Part shown: piece after piece, positions 44,800 through 52,937 of the stretch
Layout: the number at the start of each line of letters is the position of its first letter
How positions within the stretch are numbered: position 1 is the first letter of the stretch
Source: a virus
IMG/VR virus record: IMGVR_UViG_3300046674_000532
Reading direction: 5' to 3' (one strand)
DNA length: 64,000 nt
Notes under the pieces: generated by a model
What the model was told of the DNA's origin: nothing
Database searches by the model: none
The model's input: only the letters and a program-made list of their open reading frames with translations
Made by a program: the position numbers and the translations under genes

Positions 44800-45731
44800 T
44801 TACCGGGCGCCGAGTTCGGCGGCCAGCTGCTGCGCTGCGTGGATGTGCGCGGGCAGCAGCAGGACCTTCAGGCCGCCCCCGGCCTGCCCGTCGGGGATCT
44901 CCTTCTGCCTCATGGCGATCTCCTCGCAGCCGAAGCAGTTGTGCGTGACGGCGATGTAGGAGTCCACGTATTCGCCGTTCTCGTCGACCCACTCCGATTC
45001 GCGGGTGCCGCACTGCGGGCACATCCCGCGCAGGTAGTCGGCGTAGGCGAGGGCCTTGTCCCGGTCGCCGGCCGACCAGGTGCCGTCGCCGAGGCCCCGG
45101 AACTGCGAGTACGGGATGCGGTACTCGCGGCACAGGGCCATCTCGGCGCGGAACCGTAGGTCATCGGTCAGCCTTTTCCCAGGTCGGCCCGGGTGGTGTT
45201 CTGCACCCCGTAGGCGGCGTTGAACATCGCGTTGGCCTCGGCAAGCGACCAGGACTCGAGGAGCTCGCGCGCTTCGGTCTCGGTCATACCGTCGACGGAC
45301 GCGGCCGCGATCAGCGCGGCGGGGTATCCCTCGCCCCACTCCTTGCCGTCTTCGGATTCCGCCTCGGACGCCGGATGCGCCTTGAAGACGGCTTCGTAGG
45401 CCGGGCGGGGCAGGGCGCGGAAGCGGATGGCGATGGCGACCTGGTCGTAGGCGGCGTTCGCCTCGTCCCGCTCCCGGGTGGCGGTGGCGAGGTCGGCGGC
45501 CGCCTCAGCGTCCTTGGGGTGGGCCTTGGCGTAGTTCTCGGCCAGGTCGAACGCGCGGGCGGCCCGGTTGTGGCGGTCGCGGACGGCCTGGTCGTCGCAG
45601 ATGACGAAGGTGGTCTCGGCGAGCGACCGGTTGCGGAGCCGGTTCATCTTGGCGGACCAGTGCGCGTCGGCGGCCACAGCCTGCGCGGGCGGCTCGGGGG
45701 TGGCGGTCTGCCGGGTTCGGGTGGTGGTCAT
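44800..45731 (-). CDS. tail assembly chaperone G-T fusion made by -1 programmed frameshift
   Basis: Shifting -1 at G_GGA_AAA continues as GKRLTDDLRFRAEMALCREY..., exactly the reading frame of ORF 44800..45339. Confidence 0.75.
45168..45731 (-). CDS. tail assembly chaperone (G-like)
   Basis: 187 aa directly upstream of the tape measure; ends ...ADLGKG* across the slippery site. Confidence 0.8.
   Translation of the reverse strand: MTTTRTRQTATPEPPAQAVAADAHWSAKMNRLRNRSLAETTFVICDDQAVRDRHNRAARAFDLAENYAKAHPKDAEAAADLATATRERDEANAAYDQVAIAIRFRALPRPAYEAVFKAHPASEAESEDGKEWGEGYPAALIAAASVDGMTETEARELLESWSLAEANAMFNAAYGVQNTTRADLGKG
45174..45180 (-). other. -1 ribosomal slippery heptamer GGGAAAA
   Basis: Minus strand reads CTG GGA AAA GGC TGA; X_XXY_YYZ in the zero frame, 2 codons before the G stop. 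Confidence 0.75.
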
Positions 45732-45748
45732 GGCGGGTGGGTCCTCCG

Positions 45749-45797
45749 GTTCGGGAAGGGGACCCGGCCGGGCGCCGATGGGCGCCCCTTCCCGAAC
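45749..45797 (-). terminator. 13-bp-stem hairpin between the major tail and chaperone genes
   Basis: GTTCGGGAAGGGG-23 nt-CCCCTTCCCGAAC; the classical position for attenuating transcription after the major tail protein gene. Confidence 0.6.
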
Positions 45798-45846
45798 GCG
45801 TCGGGGCCCGGCCGGGCGTAGAGGGGGTGTTGCGGTCCGGCTGGGG

Positions 45847-46650
45847 TCAGCCGCCCGGCGTGGTCGTGGAGACCGTGACGGTCGGTGTGGTGCCGCCGGT
45901 CAGGGTCGCGGTCGCGGTCATCTGCGGGACGTCGGCGCCGTCGTAGGCGCCACCGAACGTGACGACGACCGGGGTTCCCGGGTGCGGGCCGCCGGTGCAG
46001 ACGACGTCGCCGGACGCGATGTTCGACAGCGCCTCGAGCGCGGACTGCACGGCGGACGCGGCAGCGTTGTACACGATGGCCGCGGTGGTCTGCCCGGAGA
46101 AGGTCAGCGTGTACGAGCCACCGGTGGGGGTGCCGGTGATCGTGATCGTCTGGACCTCGTCCGTGCCCGCGGCGGGCACCGGTGCGCCCTGGAGCGGCCG
46201 GCTCGTGATGGAGCAGGTGGCCATGAACTTGGCGGCCTCGTTGTCGGCGGTGTACTGCGGCGACTGGGAGGCGACCCGGATCGGGAAGACGTCCATCGAG
46301 TTGTTCGCGGGGACGTCGCCCTTACGCATGATCACGATGTAGGCGTTCGTGCCCTTCGCGAAAAGCTGCTCCAGGTCGGCGTCTTCCTCGTCCTCGTAGA
46401 ACGTGAAGCTGCTGGAGTCGGCCTTGTCGCTGCCGGGGATGGTGGAGTCGTAGGTGTCCGCCATGTCCGGCGTGTCGATCTCGTTGTTGGCGACCGTCCA
46501 CCCGTCCATCGCGGCGATGTAAGGGGAGAACTCGGTGCCGGCGGAGATCTCGCTGCGCGTGGGCAGCATGTCGTCGGACGCGATCGACGGCACGAAGAAG
46601 AACTTCGACGTACCGCGCCGCATGTACTTCTTCGGCTTGGCAAGCAGCAT
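45847..46650 (-). CDS. major tail protein with C-terminal ~100-aa add-on domain
   Basis: ATG at 46650 with AAGGGG RBS. Its position and size are as expected for a major tail protein. C-terminal domain is shared with the decoration protein. Confidence 0.75.
   Translation of the reverse strand: MLLAKPKKYMRRGTSKFFFVPSIASDDMLPTRSEISAGTEFSPYIAAMDGWTVANNEIDTPDMADTYDSTIPGSDKADSSSFTFYEDEEDADLEQLFAKGTNAYIVIMRKGDVPANNSMDVFPIRVASQSPQYTADNEAAKFMATCSITSRPLQGAPVPAAGTDEVQTITITGTPTGGSYTLTFSGQTTAAIVYNAAASAVQSALEALSNIASGDVVCTGGPHPGTPVVVTFGGAYDGADVPQMTATATLTGGTTPTVTVSTTTPGG
45850..46155 (-). repeat. copy A of the shared surface-domain module (tail)
   Basis: VQTITITGTPTGGSYTLTFSGQTTAAIVYNAAASAVQSALEALSNI...; related at DNA level to 51332..51631. 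Confidence 0.7.
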
Positions 46651-46777
46651 TCGTGGGCCCCTTGGTCCCGGGGCCTTCGAGGTCTGTGGGACCCGGCCCC
46701 TTACACGGTGTGTATGGGTGGCGGCCACCTGCCTGGTGGCGTCCGCGTGGGGTCCCGCCGCGGTGCGGTCATACAGC

Positions 46778-46794
46778 CCTGACCTTCGGTCAGG
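46778..46794 (-). terminator. short hairpin spanning the stop codon of gene 46790..47239
   Basis: CCTGACC-TTC-GGTCAGG; possible attenuator ahead of the major tail gene. Confidence 0.3.
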
Positions 46795-47239
46795 TGGAAG
46801 TCAGGTCGAACCTGAACCTGCTGGCACTGCTCATGATTCCATCGGCGGCGTCAGGTGTTCCCCCCGCTTCGACCTCGGCGGCCCGGCCGATGACCCTGGC
46901 GCCGGACACGGCCAGGGCGTGAAGCCACGCGCGGGTGACCGGGTTGCGGCCGAGGAGGACTTCGCGGGCGGTGTCGGCCAGCCACTCCATCTGGTCCTGG
47001 GTGCCGTGCGAGTCCGGGGCGGCCAGGTCGCGGGCGGAGATGCAGTTGACCTGGTAGATGAGGCTGCAGTCCTCGTTCAGGTCCGAAAACGGCGCTCCGG
47101 AGGTCTGCCGGTCGATGAAGTGCAGGATGTAGTACTCGGTCGGGTTCCCGTCCGGGATCACGCCCTCCCCGACCGGCTTCCCGGTGCCGGTGGCGAGCAG
47201 GGTGACGAGCGCGTTGGTGACCAGCCGCGTTTTGATCAC
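46790..47239 (-). CDS. tail terminator / neck protein
   Basis: GTG at 47239 (GTGA overlap), 149 aa, immediately upstream of the major tail gene. Confidence 0.6.
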   Translation of the reverse strand: MIKTRLVTNALVTLLATGTGKPVGEGVIPDGNPTEYYILHFIDRQTSGAPFSDLNEDCSLIYQVNCISARDLAAPDSHGTQDQMEWLADTAREVLLGRNPVTRAWLHALAVSGARVIGRAAEVEAGGTPDAADGIMSSASRFRFDLTST

Positions 47240-47622
47240 AGCAGGACCTCCGCGAGGGCGAGGCGCATCGTCGCCATCAGCGTGGCCTCGATGAACGGCA
47301 GGGCCGGCTGGACGTGCGGGAACGGCGGCTGGTTGTAGTTGCGGCCGATGCTGTCCATGCCGACGAAGCCGAACTCGAGGCGTCGGCCCTGGGGCGCGTT
47401 GGTGCCCAGGGTGCAGATCGCCCCGTGGGGAATCCTTCGGGTGTCGGTCTGCCAACTGTTGCGGTAGGCGCCGGTGATGACGTTCGGTCCGGGCCGGCCG
47501 GAGGCGTTGCCCCGGATCCTGGCCTGCCCGAGCGTGCCGGTGTGCTCGACGGCGTGCGCGATGGCCGGGCCGACCTTCTTCGCGGCGAGCTCGAGCTTGG
47601 CGGCCAGTTCATCCGGGGTCAC
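47236..47622 (-). CDS. HK97 gp10-like head-tail joining protein
   Basis: GTG at 47622 (GTGA overlap). TGAYRNSW...GTNAPQGRRLEFG...PFPHVQPAL matches the gp10-family pattern. Confidence 0.65.
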   Translation of the reverse strand: MTPDELAAKLELAAKKVGPAIAHAVEHTGTLGQARIRGNASGRPGPNVITGAYRNSWQTDTRRIPHGAICTLGTNAPQGRRLEFGFVGMDSIGRNYNQPPFPHVQPALPFIEATLMATMRLALAEVLL

Positions 47623-48068
47623 AACGGTGCTCCGGGGGCCTGGTTCTGGTCCAGCGGGGTGATGCGGACGACTTCGGTGGTGGCGGCGCGGGACGGGTCC
47701 TGGCACGTCCACGTGCGGCCGATCAGAGCCGTGTTGGCGGGGTCATGGACCTGGACGACGGTGACAATGGCGTCCTTGGGCACGATGGGCGCCTCGAGCG
47801 GCGTCATCAGCCGGTACCTGGACTTGGTCTCCTGCACCCACGGCTGGAGCGCGCCGGGTGTCGCGGAGATCTCCGACTGCGCGGTCCCGCCCTGCACAGC
47901 CCCCGGCCCCTCGTACAGGATCTCCCCGTCCGGACGGGCCAGCTTGCCCGTGACCTCGTCGAGGACGGGCTTGCCGGTTGCAGGCAGTTCGACCCGCACG
48001 GTGTCCAGGAGCAGGTTCTTGCCCACCCAGGCGCGTACGCCGGCGAGGGCTGCGTCCAGTCCGGGCAT
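47619..48068 (-). CDS. head-tail adaptor-like protein
   Basis: ATG at 48068 (TGATG overlap), 149 aa, in the head-tail connector block. Confidence 0.55.
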   Translation of the reverse strand: MPGLDAALAGVRAWVGKNLLLDTVRVELPATGKPVLDEVTGKLARPDGEILYEGPGAVQGGTAQSEISATPGALQPWVQETKSRYRLMTPLEAPIVPKDAIVTVVQVHDPANTALIGRTWTCQDPSRAATTEVVRITPLDQNQAPGAPL

Positions 48069-48466
48069 CAGGTCCTCCCCTGCGCCCACTCGGCGAGCTG
48101 CTTGAGGATCGCCTCGGTGACGCCCGTCTTCCCGTCCTCGAGGTCCATGCGGTCCAGCGCGGCACGTTGCACGGCCGCCGGGTCCAAGCCGAGGACGAAT
48201 TCGGCGATGGCGGCGCCAGTGTCCTGCTGGACGGCGACCGCCACCCGGGACAGGCCTTCGAACGCGACGTGGTCGGCCTGCCGGATGTGCAGGACCAGCA
48301 TGGGCAGGGAGTCGGCGATGGAGTGCTCGAGTTGGTAGCCCACGATCTGCCCGGCTGGCAGGGGGGTGCCGTCGATGCTGATGGTGGCGCTGCCGGGCTG
48401 CGCCTCGATACGGACGCCGCGCGCGGCCGACTCGGCGGGCCCGGTCTGCTGGGGCTGTTCGGTCAT
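48068..48466 (-). CDS. hypothetical structural-module protein
   Basis: ATG at 48466 (ATGA overlap), 132 aa. Confidence 0.55.
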   Translation of the reverse strand: MTEQPQQTGPAESAARGVRIEAQPGSATISIDGTPLPAGQIVGYQLEHSIADSLPMLVLHIRQADHVAFEGLSRVAVAVQQDTGAAIAEFVLGLDPAAVQRAALDRMDLEDGKTGVTEAILKQLAEWAQGRT

Positions 48467-49317
48467 ACAGGATCTCCCGATACGAGGCCGCGGCGGCTGT
48501 TCAGGTCGGGGCGCGGGACCCACTGGCGGATACAGCCGTGGTGGGCGAGGGGGAAGGCGGCCGCGTCGTCTGCGGATCGGATGGTGCCGTCGGCATGGTC
48601 GGTGTCGGGGTGGGACTGGAATCCGCACTCCGGGCCGTCGATGCATTCGAACCAGTCGGCCTCGATGTCTAGGCGGCCGGTGTTGATGGCGCCGGCGTTC
48701 GCGGCGCTGACGCCCTGCCACATGAGGGCGGAACGAGCCCAGGCTTTGACGGGGTGGCGTGACTGGTCCGCGTAGATGACGGTGCTCAGCGGGTGGTCTG
48801 CGGTGAGTTTCGGGCTGTCGACGCGCGGGGTGCTGTATTCGACGATGACCTGCCGGACGGCAGTCTGCACTGCGCGGGCGAATGCTTGGGCGCGGCGGAC
48901 TGCTTCGGAGATGCGCTGGATGAGGTCGACGTAGAACCCGGCGGTCAGGGTGGTGAGGGCTGCCTGGTGGGGGGTGGTCCAGCGGAACAGGGTGACGTCG
49001 GCGGCAGCACGCTCGAGGGCGCGCAGGGCGCCGTCGCGGTAGATGGTGGGCAGCGTGGTCGCGGCCCAGCGTTCGGTGAACGCGCGGGCGGACCGGTCGA
49101 ACTGGGCGACTTGGCCGTTGAAGACGGCCAGGGCTGTACGGAAGCGGCTGGTGGCCTGGTAGCCGGGCCGGATCTGCTCGACGGCGCGCAGGAGGTCGTC
49201 CTGGGCGAGGGTGAGGCGTTTCCATTCCCGGGTGAGCTGGGCGACGGCGGCCGCGATGGCCAGGAGGAGTTCCTCCCGTCCGTCGACGGTCCGGTCGACT
49301 GGGGTGGGGGTGGTCAT
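48463..49317 (-). CDS. minor capsid / head morphogenesis protein (SPP1 gp7 / Mu F-like)
   Basis: C-terminal pattern ARSALMWQGVSAANAGAIN...ECIDGPECG...AFPLAHHGCIRQWVP resembles the gp7/F-family end motif. Confidence 0.6.
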   Translation of the reverse strand: MTTPTPVDRTVDGREELLLAIAAAVAQLTREWKRLTLAQDDLLRAVEQIRPGYQATSRFRTALAVFNGQVAQFDRSARAFTERWAATTLPTIYRDGALRALERAAADVTLFRWTTPHQAALTTLTAGFYVDLIQRISEAVRRAQAFARAVQTAVRQVIVEYSTPRVDSPKLTADHPLSTVIYADQSRHPVKAWARSALMWQGVSAANAGAINTGRLDIEADWFECIDGPECGFQSHPDTDHADGTIRSADDAAAFPLAHHGCIRQWVPRPDLNSRRGLVSGDPV

Positions 49318-49661
49318 CGCCGGGGCCGTTCGCGGAGGAAGAACACGCCCAGCGCGTCGGGGTCGCTGGCTTCGGGGTCCACCGGGTCGTCAGGCGCCGG
49401 CGGCTGACCGGCTTCGAGTGCGGCGATCTGCCGTTCGTAGGCGGCGATGTTCGCAGCGGTGTTGATGGCGACGACAGACACGACGGTGATCCCGGACGGC
49501 TGGGCCAACAGGGCGGCGAGCCGTTCGCGGGCGATCTCGATGGCGACGGCGCGGGCGGTGCCGAGGCGGGTGTAGCGGGATACGAGGTCGGCCAGGTCGG
49601 TGTCGGTGCCGAGTTGGGCGAGCAGCCACGCTCTGACGGCGGTGTTCACTGCTGCCTCCAT
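49314..49661 (-). CDS. head-tail connector (gp6-like) protein
   Basis: ATG at 49661 (MEAAVNTAVRAWLLAQLG...), 115 aa. Confidence 0.5.
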   Translation of the reverse strand: MEAAVNTAVRAWLLAQLGTDTDLADLVSRYTRLGTARAVAIEIARERLAALLAQPSGITVVSVVAINTAANIAAYERQIAALEAGQPPAPDDPVDPEASDPDALGVFFLRERPRR

Positions 49662-49743
49662 CCGGGGTGGTGGTGGGAAGGGGGTGTGCGGGTGCGGGCC
49701 CGCCGGGTGGCGCCCCCACCACTGGTGGCGGGCCCGCACGCCG

Positions 49744-50055
49744 CTAGTCGCCGCTGTTGCCCTCTCCAGCGGCGTCCCGGCCCCGAGACCGGCTTGACGC
49801 CGCGGTCTTCTTCGCGGCCGTCTTCTTGGCCGCGGATGCGGCCTGCTTGGTGTCAGCTCCGTCCGAGTCGTCCGAGTCGTCGCCAGAGGCGTCGTCCTCG
49901 TCGGCTTCGGCGGGGAGGTTCCCGTCGATCCAGGCGGACGGGTTCGTCACCAGGGCGGCCAGCCGCGGTTCCGGGCAGGTGCCCGGGTCGAGGATGACCG
50001 TCTCGTGCGTCTCCGGGTCCGTCAGGTGCACGCTCGTTGCGAGTTGGGCGCCCAT
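49744..50055 (-). CDS. hypothetical protein with acidic centre and Lys/Ala-rich tail
   Basis: 103-aa ORF just downstream of the capsid gene. Confidence 0.55.
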   Translation of the reverse strand: MGAQLATSVHLTDPETHETVILDPGTCPEPRLAALVTNPSAWIDGNLPAEADEDDASGDDSDDSDGADTKQAASAAKKTAAKKTAASSRSRGRDAAGEGNSGD

Positions 50056-50058
50056 GGC

Positions 50059-51120
50059 TCACCACACCGTCGCAGCGATGTGGATGTCGGGGGTGTACAT
50101 GATGGGCATCGCCGCGGCGGAGCCCTTCGTCCACACCTCGACCGGGTCGTCCTCGTACCCGGAGGTGACGATGATGCCGGGGGCCTCCTCCTTGGTGATG
50201 GAGGGGTTGCCGCCGAAGGACAGCTTGATGCCCTCGGCGGTGAGGCCGTACTGGGTTTCGCCCATCTGGCGGGCGTCGGGCGGCAGCAGGAAGAACATGT
50301 TCTCCGGCAGGGGCCGCTTTGACGTGCCGTCGTCGAGGGGGATGGTGACGTCGTAGGCCTCGATGGGCGGCAGGTTGTACTGCGCGCGGACCACGTTGAC
50401 GGCTTCCGGGGACAGGACGGCGGTCGGGGTGGCGCTGGGCGCTACGGACCGGTAGTACGCCGCCCGGTAGGAGTCGTTGGCCATGGCCAGCGACCTCGTC
50501 TTGTACGAGGTGAGCGCGCGGGTGGGGAGCGGTGCGCCGGTGGAGCGCAGGTACTCGATCCAGCGCATCTCGTCGCCGAGCATGTCGGCAGCCGGGTTGG
50601 TCCAGACGGTCCCGGCGGTCGGCATGTTGTTGGCCGGCACGTTGTGGTTGGCCTCGATGGTGAGGCCGTTCTCGCCGACCAGGGTGAACTTGCCGTCGAC
50701 CAGGAGGTCGCCAGCGGCCAGCTCGAGGCGGTGCTTGATGGACAGGACGTGGGCGGCGGTGTCGTCCCAGATGCTGTCCTTGAGGTCCTCGCCGTCCATG
50801 CCGCGGGAGACGGCCTCAAGGATGACCTGGAGTTCGTCGATCGTGTACTTCTGGCCGAGCGGCAGAAGCTGACCCTCGGTCTCGTACCGCTGGATCTCGC
50901 GGTCGGCGACCTTGACCTGGGCGTTCCACGCCCGGTACGACGCGGCGGCGACGCGCCGCTTGGTGCCGCGAGTCTTCCACTTCACCGAGTTGACTGTGCG
51001 CTCGGGGAAGACGGACTGCGTCAGCAGGTAGTCGGCCGGCGTCTGGATCTGCCGTACGAACGCGTTGATGACGGTGGGGTTGATGTCGCGGAGCAGGAGC
51101 TCCAGCATGTCGTCAGCCAT
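50059..51120 (-). CDS. major capsid protein (lambda gpE-like)
   Basis: 353 aa in the expected position; the N-terminal region (INPTVINAFVRQIQTPADYLL...) resembles the gpE family. Confidence 0.8.
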   Translation of the reverse strand: MADDMLELLLRDINPTVINAFVRQIQTPADYLLTQSVFPERTVNSVKWKTRGTKRRVAAASYRAWNAQVKVADREIQRYETEGQLLPLGQKYTIDELQVILEAVSRGMDGEDLKDSIWDDTAAHVLSIKHRLELAAGDLLVDGKFTLVGENGLTIEANHNVPANNMPTAGTVWTNPAADMLGDEMRWIEYLRSTGAPLPTRALTSYKTRSLAMANDSYRAAYYRSVAPSATPTAVLSPEAVNVVRAQYNLPPIEAYDVTIPLDDGTSKRPLPENMFFLLPPDARQMGETQYGLTAEGIKLSFGGNPSITKEEAPGIIVTSGYEDDPVEVWTKGSAAAMPIMYTPDIHIAATVW

Positions 51121-51133
51121 GTCGGGCCCCTAC

Positions 51134-51871
51134 TCAGGCGGTCTTGTAGATGAAGTGGACGTTGGATCCGGCGGGTACGTCGGCCGGGTCGAAGGCGACG
51201 GGCAGGTACTTGGGGTTGACCTGGCCGAAGACCATGAGCGCCGCCTCGGACTTCGTGGCGCCCGGGTAGAAGGCGACCTCGGCGTAGAGGAACCCGGCGA
51301 ACTTCTGGGTGCCGTCGGACGCGGTCGCGGTACCGCCCGCGGTGGTGGTGGCCATCGTGACGCCGGGGGTGGTGCCGCCGGTCAGGGATGCGGTGGCCGT
51401 GGCGGAGGCGACGTTGTCGCCGAGGTACTGGCCGCCGAAGGTGAGCGTGTACGGGCCGCCCGCGTTGCCGGTGACCTTGATGTCGCCCGGGTTGACGTTG
51501 GACAGCGCCTCGAGAGCCGTCTGCACGGCGGCCGCGGTGGCGTTGTAGGCGATGGCCGCGGTGGTCTGCCCGGAGAACGTGAGGGTGAACGTGCCACCCG
51601 TCGGGGATCCGGTGACCGTGGCGGTCTGGACCTCGTTGGTGACCGGGCTGTAGGGCTCGTACAGCGTGGTCGTGGTGTTGTAGCCGAGCGGGATGCCGGA
51701 CTTCAGCTTGCGCTGCGGCTGGTGGGCGGTGCCCTCGACCCAGTGCAGGGTCTCGTCGAACGCCGTCAGGTCGAGAGTGATGGTCTCGTTGGTCTGCGAC
51801 CCGAACGTGTTCATCAGCCAGCGGCGGCCGAACCCAAGGGTCTCTGTGGTGGTGTACGGCTGGATGGACAC
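51134..51871 (-). CDS. head decoration-like protein carrying an inserted ~100-aa domain
   Basis: GTG at 51871. C-terminal ASDGTQKFAGFLYAEVAFYPGATKSEAALMVFGQV resembles gpD-type decoration proteins; residues 81-180 are the shared module. Confidence 0.6.
   Translation of the reverse strand: MSIQPYTTTETLGFGRRWLMNTFGSQTNETITLDLTAFDETLHWVEGTAHQPQRKLKSGIPLGYNTTTTLYEPYSPVTNEVQTATVTGSPTGGTFTLTFSGQTTAAIAYNATAAAVQTALEALSNVNPGDIKVTGNAGGPYTLTFGGQYLGDNVASATATASLTGGTTPGVTMATTTAGGTATASDGTQKFAGFLYAEVAFYPGATKSEAALMVFGQVNPKYLPVAFDPADVPAGSNVHFIYKTA
51332..51631 (-). repeat. copy B of the shared surface-domain module (head)
   Basis: VQTATVTGSPTGGTFTLTFSGQTTAAIAYNATAAAVQTALEALSNV...; roughly two thirds identical by eye to copy A. 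Confidence 0.7.
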
Positions 51872-51972
51872 GCCGTGCCCCTTTCGCGTGTTCCGCGGGT
51901 GTGGGAGAGGTCGCCTGCCTGGCGCCGTCCACGGGGGTCAGGGCGTGGTCCCTTGGGTGGTGCTGGTCTGGG

Positions 51973-52869
51973 TCAGGCTGCGTCCGGGGCGCGCAGGCCC
52001 CGGTCGATGGCCATCTGCCGGGCGGCTGCGTTGATGGCGTCCTTGTCGCCGACGGGCTGGCGGGGGGCGTTGCCTCCGGCCGGGCCGCCGGACGGGGCGG
52101 GGGGAAGCGTCAGGGGGGCGGCCGGGGCGCCGAACAGTTCGGGCCGGCGCTGCTTCAGCTTGTCGGCGGCCGCGGCAAGGGTGGCGGCGTCGGCGTCCGG
52201 GTTGTCGCGCAGGTCGCGGTCCAGCATGGCGAGCGCGTCCTGGAGGTTCGGGGCGGTGACGTTTCCCTGGTCGTCGGCGATGTCGAGGGCGCCGAGCCGG
52301 GTGAGGGCCTGCTCGCGGGCCAGCGCGCGCCGGTCCGCGGCGATCTGGGCGCGGTCCTGGTCCAGCTTGGTCCGGTCGTCCTGGAGGGTCTGGGCCTGGG
52401 TGGTGAGCTCCTCCTGGCGGCGCTGCTCCTCGGTGAGGCGTTCCTTGCGGGTGACCTCGGCGTCCTTGAGGAGTTGTCCGAACTTTTTGGGGTCGAAGTC
52501 GTCGGGGTCGAAGGGCAGTCCGGCGGATTCGGCGAGTTCACGCAGGGCGGCGCGGCGGCCCTTGGAGTTCTCCCGGGCCATGATCTTGGTGAAGGCGCTC
52601 TGGGTCATCGGGGCGCCGGTGCCGTGGTCGAGGAGGACGGCTTCGTCCACGCCCGCGGTCTGCGGCGCGGCAGGCTGTGGGGTGGGAGGCTGCTGGCCTG
52701 CGCGGGCGGCGACGTCGGCCGGGGAAGGCACGGCGGGAGCTGCCGGGGCGGGCGCTCCGCCCTGTCCGCCGTCGTTGTAGAACACGGCGGCCGCGAGGAC
52801 ACCCGTGTACGGGTGCGCCCAGGCGGTGCGCGGGGTGGGGCCGAGGTGGTGCTGCGCGGGGCGACGCAT
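51973..52869 (-). CDS. capsid scaffolding protein
   Basis: ATG at 52869 with GGGAGGA RBS. Charged coiled-coil centre (RKERLTEEQRRQEELTTQAQTLQDDRTKLDQDRAQIAADRR); lies between portal and capsid. Confidence 0.7.
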   Translation of the reverse strand: MRRPAQHHLGPTPRTAWAHPYTGVLAAAVFYNDGGQGGAPAPAAPAVPSPADVAARAGQQPPTPQPAAPQTAGVDEAVLLDHGTGAPMTQSAFTKIMARENSKGRRAALRELAESAGLPFDPDDFDPKKFGQLLKDAEVTRKERLTEEQRRQEELTTQAQTLQDDRTKLDQDRAQIAADRRALAREQALTRLGALDIADDQGNVTAPNLQDALAMLDRDLRDNPDADAATLAAAADKLKQRRPELFGAPAAPLTLPPAPSGGPAGGNAPRQPVGDKDAINAAARQMAIDRGLRAPDAA

Positions 52870-52901
52870 CTGTCCAAGTCCTCCCAGACTCGTACTGTTT
52901 C

Positions 52902-52916
52902 CAGGCCCCGCGCCTG
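52902..52916 (-). promoter_or_regulatory. 15-nt hairpin motif copy (upstream of scaffold gene)
   Basis: Plus strand CAGGCCCCGCGCCTG (minus strand CAGGCGCGGGGCCTG), 5-bp arms and 5-nt loop, preceded on the minus strand by GATC. Confidence 0.55.
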
Positions 52917-52937
52917 AGATCAAGGACATCACAGATG

